From positions 434,001-498,000 of the forward strand of contig JBLDXI010000043.1 of NCBI GenBank assembly GCA_047495785.1: DNA of 64,000 nucleotides, given 5' to 3'. Below the pieces are notes generated by a model that saw only the letters and a program-made list of their open reading frames with translations, did not search any database and had not been told where the DNA came from. Both the position numbers and the translations under genes were made by a program. Positions 50,496 to 62,700 of this stretch are shown in pieces; the first letter of the stretch is position 1, and each line of letters opens with the position of its first letter. Source of the DNA: Lepidodermella squamata. Its lineage: Eukaryota > Animalia > Gastrotricha.

Positions 50496-52276
50496 ATGCG
50501 CTTTTTATCATTAGTCACCTTGCTTGAGATTGTTTTTGGGAATGTCCAGGCACAAGACTTGGAATGCGGTGTGGCAAGACCTGACTTTTCACAAATGCCG
50601 AAACTTACCGGTCCGGGCAGCCAAGAAGCAGTTCCTCACGAATTTCCATGGATGGTGAGCCCAAGTCTCAAAGAAAGGCATTCTTACTTCAGCTAAAACC
50701 TGTCTAGGTCCGGCTAGAGATGCGTTACAGAGGCGATAGTGAGCCCTCGCATTGCGGAGCTTCAATAATCTCAAAAAACTGGCTCATCACTGCCGCTCAC
50801 TGCGTTGACCAAAGCGGAATTCAGCCTACTTCGTAATAGACCAGCGTATCAAAATTAAGTTTACCATCGCTTTCTCTACGTAGAATCAAAGCTCAGCTCG
50901 GGCGACATAACACAAGTCTGAAATCTGAGCATGGTTCGGACGAAATCGCAGTCATCTTACCAGCGATTGTTCACAGTCGATACATCGGGAGGCAAAACCT
51001 ATACGACAACGATTTTGCATTGCTACAACTTGCAAGCTCCATTCCGCAAAACTCATCGACAATACGGCCGATTTGCCTGCCGGACGCAAGCTCGATGTGT
51101 CGCAATAATTCATTCACTGTTAATTCGACCGATGGCTGTGAGTCAGCAGTCATTGCCGGCTGGGGATATTACAAATACAGTAAATGAAGTAAACACCCAA
51201 ATCACAACATATATTATATCCTTTTTTCTCACACTTCAGCTCGTACGTCCGATGTGTTACGAAAACTTGACCTTCAGGTCCGATCTCACGATACCTGCTC
51301 GCGTGAGTGGTCTCGCGATCCTGAACGTCCATTCACGCCGAGCGATGCCCAAATTTGCATGGTTGGCAACGGCGACGCTTGCTACGGCGATTCTGGTGGT
51401 CCTTTGATGTGCTCGAAATTAGGGCGCACGTTTCTACTTGGCATAACTTCCAACGGTGATGATACGTGTACCGGGCGGCTTCCAGGCATCTACAGCCGTA
51501 TTTGCCGTGTTTTAGATTGGATCTCGGAGAAGATGGTTAGCATCCAAGCCCGACGTAATGAATCGTGCTTAATACCGAATCTTGCCAACGGTTTTGTGAC
51601 TCGTGTTGATCCTGAAACTTCAAAGGACACTGGTGAAGTTATGGAAAGTGGCACTATGTTGGAAAGAGGCCTTATTGTGAATGTTAAATGCAACCCTGGT
51701 TACAAATATTCGTCTTCAATTTCTGTGGCTTCCTGTTTCCCTCCTCTACGGCCCGCATTAAGTGGAAGCTGTATCCCGATAAGTAAGAAAGAAATCCAAT
51801 TAAGCAGAGAAATTTGAGAAATTTCTTCCTATAGGCTGTGGAACTGTGCCTGAAATTGCTAATGGGTATTTAACGAGTTCAAACAGATCTGCCGCAACTT
51901 TGACATTGGTCTGCAATCAGGGCTATAGAGTTGTTGGACGGGGAATAAGTGAATGCCAAGCTAGCGGCAGCTGGTCTCCTCCCGGGAACTGCGCTACAAC
52001 TGGTGAGAAAATGAACTTCTGAAGTATTAACTTTAATTTTCTCGAAAAGATTGCGGAGAGCCTCCTTTAGTCCAGAATGGCCTCGTTTCGCCTGGACTGT
52101 CGAAAATCGGGGCAACGCGAAATGTTACTTGCAACCAGACGTTCAAGATTCAAGGAGATCGCATGATTAACTGCCTTGCCAACTCGACGTGGTCGAAACC
52201 TGGGAACTGTGGGCGAGATATCGAAGGGGGCGGTTCCGCATGGATCCTACTGGAGCAATTTCTCAGCCGGTTATAG
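50496..52276 (+). CDS. Secreted trypsin-like serine protease with three C-terminal CCP/sushi domains
   Basis: Signal peptide, ECG linker, PHEFPWM, HCGASII, TAAHC, DNDFALL, RPICLP, DACYGDSGGP. Then three C-x-x-P-x-x-x-NG...C...C...C modules. Six exons, stop at 52274-52276. Confidence 0.9.
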
Positions 52277-52669
52277 TGCTACAAATACTGATCTAAGCTT
52301 ATTCAAGCCCATTAGCACCTTAGGGCCTACCTCAATTTCGAAGCTCTAACCTTGTCCCAAAGCTAAAATTCGCTTGAATAACAAAAATTCATGAGTAACT
52401 CAAATAAACTAGTTTTTGGAAAGAGGCTCTGCAGTTACGGTCGAGCACTAGCAGTTCAATTTCTTAGCGTTGACGTGGTATAATACTACAGACCAAATGC
52501 CAGTAAAGTTCAATGACTTGAGTTCACTACTTCATGAAAACTTCAACTGAGAAAAGGCATTCTTCGAAAATTGTATGATTTTATTCTAGCTGTGACGACC
52601 GAAGACCAATAATGAAATCTAAAAATAGATTTCAGAGAAGATTCTCTAACAAGTGATGAATCACGGCTA

Positions 52670-55318
52670 CTAGTTGCATGACGCATATCCCATCTTTCTA
52701 AGATGTCCTTTTATGTCCTCACTCTTTGTCAAGCTGCACGGAAACTTGCCGTCTTCGTCCTTCGTGTCCAGGCCAGACATTCGTTTCGGCGTTAGCTTGT
52801 CCCCGAAGGCCAATATAGCTTTGACAACTTCGAAATTGTTGGTCTCGCAGGCGTAGTGCAGGGCCGTTCTCTTGCGACGATCTTTCGCCTCGATGAAGCC
52901 TTTCGCCGCTTCCAAGGCACTTCGTTCGGACAAGCCGTTGATCAGCTTCTCCCACTTGACCTTGGCGCTCAGTATGTTGTCGACGATGTTCGCTGGGTTG
53001 ATCGTTTCCTTTGACTCGCTCAATTCATGCAGCGGTGTTTCGTTGCAGACTGTTCTTCTATTGATCAAAGCTAGCGGATTGCATTCCTTTCCTGATAACA
53101 GCTCACCAACAGTCTCCAAGTCGCCCGTCAAACATGCGTTCAAAAATTCCTGTGTAAAAAGTTTGAAAGGCAATGTTAGCGATCTCCTAATCACGTTCAG
53201 CTCTAAAAGGTTCAGAAACTTAGGTATTATTTCTATCCTGAAATCTAAGGATTCAGTAATCTTAAATGTATCTTACACCATACTGCTCCGTTGTCGGATC
53301 CTTGGACAACTTCGTTTTCGCTTCACCGCATTCTGACGTGGCCATCTGAAAATCCGCTGCTAGGGCATTAATTTTAGCAACAGCCCGATTCAACGCTTCA
53401 GCTTGCAAAGCTTCTCGCGCTTTGATACCCTCCAGTTCTGCGTTGACCCTTCGAAATTCCGCTTTCATGGCCTTGATTTCATTCTTAGCCGTATCCAATG
53501 CTTCAGCCTCCAGTCTCCTCACGCGATGCTGCAGCAAATCGTCGCGAAGCACGTCAGTTATGGAAGCTCGCTCCTCCGGGTCGACAACCAACATTTTCGC
53601 GTCGATTAGTTGCCGGAACTTGCTGTGAACTTCAGGTATTTTAGGCCTTTCGATTGTCGCTTGATACACTACTTTGTACTGTTTGAGGAAACAAAAGTCG
53701 CGGAATGAATTAAGCAAGCTTAGATGAAAAAATGAACCTACAGGCATGACCAGCGCTGCCAGCTCGAACGCGACCACTCCCAGCGACCAGACGTCAGACT
53801 TGTAAGTGTAGGCTGATCCTCCATGCAAAGTTTCCGGAGCCATATTCGGTATTGTTCCGCAGTTTGACGCTTGGCATTCGGATGAGCTATGAATGGTATC
53901 AAGAGTAACAGATTCATACGGAGAATTGAAACAAACTTCGAAAATCGATTTTTTAAAATGCCGGGTAACCTCAATGTTGATAATTTGTCAACATTGCGTC
54001 TGAACGCCAGTTTACGCATATCAACTTGAATAATTTCATAAAATTATACCAATAATTTCGCCACAAATTGTACGCATGTTCTAATTTTGTTGAAATTTGT
54101 AATTCATCAATGCCAGCCTTTTATTTTATACTGAAAATACGAGGAAAATCTGAAAAATAAAATCAGAAAATTTCATTTGAAAAGATGCTGGTTGGCTGAT
54201 TTTGAATTTTCAGAACAAACTTAAAATTTTGATTATCCTTTCAATAATCATAGCAAAATTCCAGTCAGTAAGCCGAATTTAATCACTAAAATTAGCCCAA
54301 AAATACCTTTTAATGGTTTCGAAAATTTCATTATCAATTTCAAATTTCGCAAATTTTTAAAAGATCCCAGGCAATTTCTCAAATTATCACTGTCTAGTAA
54401 AAATTCCATTTTTTCAGTATTTTTTCAGAATTTCAAATTTTCAAAATTTGTGATTTTTTCGTATTTTAGGAGACAAAATGTGAGTGCTTGCGAAAAAGTG
54501 CCATAACCTATTTTTTCTAGCATGAAATATCGCTTAAAGATTTTTCAGGCCGTTGAAACGATATTTAAAAAAGCGATGCCATGTTTGAATACCTCACCCA
54601 TTATTTTTACAAATATGTTAACAAAAAAAGCTAAATTGTCAGCCAATTTAGCAAATCGAAGCAATTTAGCGCAGGTTACTCACGTGATCAACGGCCGGGA
54701 CAGCCCGAAATCGCCGAGTTTCAGGACCTTGGATCGCAAATCGTCCGCAGGATAATTGGCATCGCGTTTCCAAGTCAGAAAAATATTTTGGGACTTGATG
54801 TCACGATGCATGATTTTTCTATCGTGTAGCCAACAAACCGCAGAAGCAAGTTGAGCCAAAGATTTGCCGATTTCACCGCTCGAGAAAAACGGATCCCTGG
54901 CCCGCTTCCTACGAGCCTGGACGGCCTGATGAAGGTCCCCGCCGTCGCAATACTCCATGACAATGTAGAACAACATGTCGACCTGGAACGAGGCGAAGGC
55001 CTTGACAATGTTGTTGTGGTTCTGTAGCTTTCGCATCAACACCGGCTCGCGGTATATCATATCTTGCATTCGCTCCACTTGGCTCTCGTTTCTTTGGCGT
55101 TGAATGTGTTGCTCGATATTGACTTGTTTCAGGACAAACTGCCGCATGCCATTGAGAACGATGCCAGCAACTACTGACTGCTTTTTCACCGCGACGAGAT
55201 AGGCCTTGCCGAAGCCTGATTCGCCCTTGCCGAGGCGTTGCTTGAGCTCCGTGAAATCATTAACGGCGACTTGCCTAGCGAACACGTCAGGATCAAACGA
55301 GAATATAGGATTCTCCAT
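52670..55318 (-). CDS. NEK-like kinase - coiled coil - ankyrin repeat protein (4 exons)
   Basis: Exons 55318-54684, 53886-53742, 53678-53277, 53149-52670 splice in frame. HRDIKSQNIF, GDFG, CGTIPNMAPE, SDVWSLG. Final exon has ankyrin motifs NETPLH and RTALHYACETNNFEVVKAIL. Confidence 0.85.
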
Positions 55319-58300
55319 TTTCTGAAATAAATATGGATAGATACGTCAACAGTACATACTATAATGTAGCCTTACCCGCAAGCAAATGCTCAGAGCTGAT
55401 AAGTATACAATAAATTGATGATATATCGCATAGATAGAAAAGTAATAAATAATACGCAAAAAACAATCTTTCAATGGAGTAAATTAATTCGAGCTAGCGT
55501 GGCACGCTTCCAATTTTTTTGCACTATTTGTGTATTCCAACGCCTTGTCCGCCAATAATAAATTTATTTTTTCTAAAAATTAAGAAAGCAAATATGGGCA
55601 GCTTGGAAGATTTGAGTTTGCACAGGTAAATACTAGATTTTTCGTTCTATCGAACGATTCCAGATGTGCATCGCTAGCTCGTTGAGTCACTGTGCAATAA
55701 TTTATCGAAAATAGGTAAAATTAGCTATATCTATATAAAAATTGCTCTTCTTCAGCAGCGGTTGGCTTAAACAAAGATTTTTTAAATCCAAGATAATTCC
55801 GAGGCCCGTGCTCAGACATTTCTTTATCCAGCGATATAAAATTTTACTGGTAATAAATTTCGTAAATTCTTGAAATCAGGCACGATGGTTTATTTTAGTT
55901 TGGTCTTTGTAATCTCAAAGAAACTTTGCCCTCTGCCTCGATTTTGAACCTCTAACTTGGCCTTTGATGACCTTCTTCAAACTTGGGCAATTGTTTTGCT
56001 AAACTCATGAACGACCGGAAAAGGCGACGATCATAGACATATTTTTGTTTTCCGGAAAATTTCCAAAAATCACAGCTTCGAAAATCAGCCTCATTTCGGG
56101 TTCAGCCATTGTATTTCTAAAATTCGACATATTCGGCTTCTTCAAATCACCTTTATAGATTCAATTTCAGCTCATGCGTCGCCTCAAAAAACCGACAAGT
56201 CCTAATAAAAGCCAGAGGAAGGGTTTTTCTCAACTCCCACCTTGCTCAATGCATGAAACTCCAGGTTTTTTTCATTATTTGGTTTTTATTTCGTTAAATA
56301 TTCCTGAAGCCTGAGGGTCAATTCAGAAAAAAGCAACAACTACAAAAAATAACAATTTTGTAAAAATAAAATGAAGAGGACGAAGGTTCATTTTATTGTT
56401 GAAATATCGCTTAAATCATAGATAAATAAATGAGACGTGTCGTATGGTAGTCACCTTAATTGTGTGACACGACGGAAACTACAAGGTCGCTTTTCATACG
56501 GCGCGACTCAAATACAGCGCCGGGATGTGTGTGCCGGGATGATTCATCACCATTTTATGCTTTTTTCGCGCGATCGAAGAAATCACTTGGATTAAAGTAA
56601 TAGTCAATGTACGATGAAAAAGTGCTCAGTGATCAGGCGAAAAAGGTAACTTATGTAACATTCAAATCATATAGCTTCATCTTCGATTTGGCTGAAAAAA
56701 TCCACGGAGACTTGGATTATGATCAGCTTCAATTAAATATGTTTTATTGAGCCGACTAATTTTCCAATTATTAAAACCCCCAGCCAAAATAATTTAATTT
56801 TGCTCTAAAAATATATTAAATCCATATTTCTATCCAAAAATGAACGCATCAAAGAATTTCCAATCCAGCATGCTTGAATTCGATTGTCAAATTAGGCGAC
56901 ATTTCTCGGTTGGTAACTGCATCTTTTTTCATTACTTGATCTATTATTATTTCGCCACGCTAAAAATAGCCTTTGGCACCAGTTACGAAGAAGAGCAACA
57001 GAAGCAACAAAAGCAAAAACGCAGCTCAAATCGCAATATTCAATTCGACTGGCGACCCCGGTATTAACATGCTACACGTTTTTTTCTCGAGCTTTTTCTC
57101 CTCAGTTTGATAAGAAATTCCGGCAAATTTTGTTGACAAATTCAAAATTCAAAAAATAATAATTGCAAACATTGTCTAACATTTTTTAGTTGAAATAATG
57201 AAGGGAAAATGTCAGGAAAATTACCCCAAATTCCTTACCTTTTCATCATGTAGGCGAAGTTATTCCTGAAGATTTTACGGCAAATCTTAAAGTTTTTCTA
57301 TTTTCACCTGAATTATTGGAGCAATTTAAAATGCGTCTGGCTAACTTCGGTATCTTTCGTTTTTGAATAAAACTGTTTTTTATTAATTTCAAGCAATTAC
57401 ATCGTTCTGCAGTCGATAATTTCTCGATTTTCCACGCGAACGTCCGCAGCTGATTGAGATACGAAGGGATCCCAAATATCGACGGCGTTTAATATTTCTT
57501 AGAAGTTCAAAGTCTTATTTTGGATTCTTCAATGCGCCTGAAAACACTTTTGCAAGCTTTCAAGGATGTCATGATTGATCAGCATAATTCAAAATAAATT
57601 ATCTTTAAATTCAACGTAAAATTCTGTAAATGACACATTCTTTAAAATAGAATTCACAGGGGGTTGTGATCGAAGAGTGCATAATTTAGGTCATTTTTTA
57701 CCTTTTTCGAACAAATTATACCTTTTTGAAACAAATTTGTTTCAGATTTGCACCGCGCAAAATGAATGTTTTCTTCAAGGTAAAAGCAAAACTTTTCACA
57801 CTGCCGTGTTGCGTAATAGAGCTAAATGGCGTAACAATGCCGAGGCTGATCATAGAGACTCATTTTTTAGCATTGTGGGCTCGCGAATAACGATGAGTCA
57901 ACACTTCAAAGCCTCTCGAATTAAAAAATGGCGCATCTCACTTGAAATCTCACTTGAAAAATTATTTTGAAAAAAATCGAACTAAAGCGGTTCAAGATCT
58001 AAATCAGGTGTCTACATGATCGTCTCGGCTTGATTAATGATTCGGTTTCAAAAGGTCGTTGTTCGATTTCACCTTAGTTTCAAGAGTACACCGCTTCAAA
58101 AAGTCACGGTCGAAAAAGGATTTTATTATCTCTAAGGAGGCTGATACTTAATAGGCTAATAGCAGAGGAGACATTCGTCAGTTCGCTTGCCCTAAAATTT
58201 GCTACCGTATAATACCGAATTATAAAGCGGGACCGAAATAATGGGCAGGGTGCAGGGTTAGACCCTCCTAAGAATTTAATGTCTGTTTTACATCGATCTC

Positions 58301-59725
58301 CTGCTCTCAGGTGAGCACTTCATTTTTCTTAGAATGTCCTTCAAAACGTAGAGGACCGTGCCTAATAATTCGGCATTCATGGTGATCAATTCTCACCTTA
58401 TCTACCACTAGCGATTTTCTAAAAAATGGGACAGCATCGGAAGTCGGAATGGAAGCGATCTAGTTCTATTGTAGCAGGTATACCATTTTAGCGATCGTGT
58501 GGATTCAGGTGTTTAGACAGACTCGAGGAGTTTCAAGAGAAATTAATTATATTTCTATTGTTCGCGTGAATCATCCATCAAAAGCACCATGATTTTACTA
58601 TTTCTGGGGGTAATTTGGGGGTCAAATTGTTTCACATTTGTCACGATATTCCAATGATTTGAGAAGAAACATCACTTATTTCAGTGAGTAAACAGATACT
58701 ATAAGATACTTCGAATTACTTCTGAGAGTAAACGTGAAATTCGCGTAAAATTGTGAAAAAATCCCTTCGATCACCTCATTTTTGGGCAAAATTTTAACTA
58801 TTCCGTAATAATTCAGATGTATTCCCAGACAAAGTGAAACAAACTGAAGCAAAGCTCGAACATTTCGAAAAAATTTGATGCACCTTTCGATCACAACCCC
58901 CACAATTTGCCTTAATTTCGTAGAAATATTCGAAAATCGACCTTATTGAGAGGTTCCGCTTCAGTCCAATTTGGTTCCGCTAAAAGATATTCTGATTTTT
59001 ATACCCCAAGTATCAGTTGAGTCTTTTCAAGGACTGTTACGGAAAATATCCGATTTTCCTTCAATTTCCTTCAATCAGTGATGTCTTGGTCCGTTTACCG
59101 TTTACCATTAGGATTTTCAGAAAAAAACTCAAGACGAAATGTTGCCAGCACAGCACTCTTTATTTGATCGTTGAGTATGAATAAAAAGGATCGAAACGGC
59201 TCGACAACTGGCAGTGCTCATCAGCTGTTGTTGTTGTTGTTGGTTGCAAGCTATGATGATCCCTCAAATCATACATGAACATAATAACAAGGCAGTGTAA
59301 CATAGCAGGGCGATATAATAACGGCGCGACCTACTAATTAAGCAGCGCCTTAATATAGATTAATTACAGAGACTAGACCGTCATCATTTAGCACCAAGAC
59401 ATCGCATCAATTTGACACCATCATCATCATCATTTGGAAACACAATTATTGCTGCTACGCAATTACCATATAACATCTATTAACATCAACGCACATCGTC
59501 CAATCGCCAACGCAAAAAATATAGGGAAGATTTCAGTGAGAGTGAGTGAGAATGACAGTGAATGACATAGGATGAGGTAATTAGGAATAAGGAATTTGGG
59601 CGAGGCAAAGCGTTAGGAATTTCTTTTTATCGAGACCCGGCCGTCGTGACACAACTAGGTCAGTCATTTTCAATTGCAAGGGTCAATAAATAGTTGTCGA
59701 GTTGTCAATCGATCGATCAATCGAT

Positions 59726-62700
59726 TTAACGACCCGATGGCGTGGTGGCGCGGGCAGCCGACGTGCCGCGGGCCTGCAGGCGCAGCTTGGCAACGGACTG
59801 CTCAGCCTGGTCGGCGCGCTCGGTCGACTCCTCGAGCTCGGCCTGCACCTTGCGGTACTTGGCCAGGTTGACGGCGGCGAGTTCCTCCGCCTCCTCCACC
59901 TGCCGCTTGTACACCTTCAGTTTCTGCTGCAGCTGCCCGACCATGTCCTGGAGGCGGGCCTGCGACTTGTGCTCCTCCTCGGCCTGCAGGATGACCTCCT
60001 TCAGGCGCTGCTCGGCGCGACGGGCCACCTTGGCCGTCTCCTGGTGGGCGCGCTGTTCGGCGTCCAGCTCGGCCTCGACCTCGCGGATGCGCTGCTCGAC
60101 CTTGGCCAACTGGCGCTTGCCGCCCTTCATCGCCGAAGCCTCGGCTTCGTCGACACGGGCCTGCATCTCCTTGACCTGGCCCTCGAGCTGCTTGCGCAGG
60201 CGCTCGATCTGCTGGCTGTGCTCCTGCTCGGCGCGCAGCTCGTCGGCGAGACGCGCGGCTTCGGCCTGGGCACGCTTCGACTTCTCCTCGTTCGACTTCA
60301 GCTCGTTGATGGCATCATCCAGATCGCTCTGAAAAATTTAGATAGAAATTATCATCGATTTTAGTGATTGATTGATTATCGATTATCGATTCAAACGAAT
60401 GATTGGTATTCAATTATAAGTAATTCAATCAATTTCAATGAAGGATTGATTTTTATATTGAGTATCGATAGTCGATTTTCGAGGCCAATTATCGATTATC
60501 GATTTTGGTGATTGATCATCAATTATGAATTTTAGCAGTTCATTATCAATTATCGATTTTGTTGATTGATTATCGATTATCGATTTTGGTTGATTACAAA
60601 TTGTATATTGTAATTGTATATCAAACTTACGCTGAGCGCCTGGAGGTCGGCATCCATCTTGCGCTTGGCGCTGGCCAGTTGGCTGTTCTGCGACTGCAGT
60701 TCAGAGACGCGTTCGGCGGCTTCGTGCAGTTCGCTCTCGGCCGACTTGCGGACGCGCTCGGACTGTTCGAGAGCGGCGCGCAGCTCCTCGACCTCGCCGT
60801 GAACACCGGCGGTGCGGCGCTCAATGGCGGCCAGTTGTTCGCGCAGCTCGTCACGCTGGCGCGACTCCTCGTCAACACGAGCCTGCAGCTCGGAGACCTG
60901 CTGCTGGAAGCTGGAAAAGCCGAAAAAATCGATTAAAATCGATATAAGAAAATATCAACAAATCTTACCGCTTGGAGTTCTTCTCCAAGTCGGCACGAGC
61001 ACGGTTCGAGGCATCGAGGGCGACCTCGAGCTCGTTGACGTCGGCCTCGAGCTTCTTCTTCGACTTGAGGGCGTCGTTCTTGGAGCGCGACTCGGCCTCG
61101 AGGCTGGCCTGCAGCGATTCGAGCATGCGCTGCATGTTCTTGCGGCCCATCTCGTTCTCCTCCTCCTTCTCGGCGATGCGCTTCTCGACATCGCTGCGCA
61201 CCTGCGACAGCTCGATCTGCAGACGCTGCTGCTTGGCAGTTTCGTTCTCGATGGCGGCTTCAGCCTCCTCGAGAGCGGCCTGCAGTTCTTGCTTCTCGAC
61301 TTCGAGACGACGGCGAGTTTTCTCGACCTCGTGAACAGACTTGCCACCTTCCGAAAGTTGGTCCATCAGTTCGCGGATCTCATCTGCAAAAAAATATTTG
61401 CATAAATTTGCATAAATTTGCATAATTAGTCAAATTTGCACGAATTATCGAAATATTCATGAATTATAGAAATTTGCATAATTATGCATAAATGTGAAAA
61501 TTTGCATAAATTATCCAAATTTGCATAAATTTGCATAAATCTCGAAAATTCAGAATTGTTCAATTTTCAAGTTATTTTGAATGTTTTTATCAAATTACCT
61601 GAGAGGTTTTTATTCTCGCGGCGAAGTCCCTCTTGAACGTCATGAGACTCTTCGAACTGTGCCTTGAGTTTGTACAACTCGGCCGAAAATCCGCGCGATT
61701 CACGGTGGGCCTGTTCCAAGTCAGCGTTCAAGCCGTCGATCTTAGCCTGGTACTCGGCGATGATCTTGTCCATCTGCTTCTGCTTCTTCTCCGTCTGCGA
61801 GGCGAGCGACTGCGCGCGCTCGGCTTCGACGGTCACGTCCTCGAGTTCAGCCTGCAGCTTGTGCTTCTGCTTCTCGAGCGTCGCGACCTTCGACAGGGCC
61901 GATTCGATCTGGGCCTCGGCTTCCTGCAGTTTGGCCTGGAACTTGCGCTTGACGTCATCGCTAGGTTCGCCAGAGCCGAATTCACCAGCAGCGGCGCGGG
62001 CCTGCGATTTGAAAAAAATCAAAAATCTATCAAAATATTGAAATTTCGAATTACCTTCAGCTGCTGCATCTCCTGGGTAGCCTTAGCAAGGGCGCGTTGC
62101 AAGTTGGCCTTGGACTCAGCCTCCTCCTCGAACTGCTCGCGAGCACGCTCGAGGTCGGCGGCCAAGTTGCGGGCCTCAGCCTGGAACTTGGCGCGGCCGC
62201 GGGCTTCCTCGTCGAGGTTGCGCTTGGCCTCATCCAGCTGAGAGGCGAGCTGCTGCTTGGCCTTGGCCAAGCCGTTGAGTTGAGACTCGGCTTCCTCCAA
62301 CTGGCGCTGCAGATCCGCACCTTCCTGGCCGGCGCGGGCGCGTTGGCCTAAGTAGAACAAAATCATAATTAGATCATATTTATAAAATTTTAGAAAATTT
62401 CAGAAAGTTTTAAAAATTTAAGAAAATCCTCTTATTATTCATGAGATAGCGTGCCGATTTTCAAAAATCTTCATAATTCAAATGTAAAATTTCAACATTT
62501 TAGTGAATAAATAGATCAAAATTTGATCACTAAATGGCTGATTTCAGCATTCGGCTGACGAATTTTTACCTTGAAGATCGGCAGCAACGCGAGCGGCCTC
62601 GTCGAGCTTGGCCTGCAGGTCGCCGTTCTGACCCTCGAGCTGCTTGATGACCTTTTCGGCGTTGGCCTTGGCCTTGGACAGGACCTCCAGCTGGCCGTGA

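Noticed and set aside
55400-59100. Short ORFs in the AT-rich interval between the kinase and myosin genes
   Set aside because: No motifs, coding-like composition or consistent splice pattern, so treated as intergenic.
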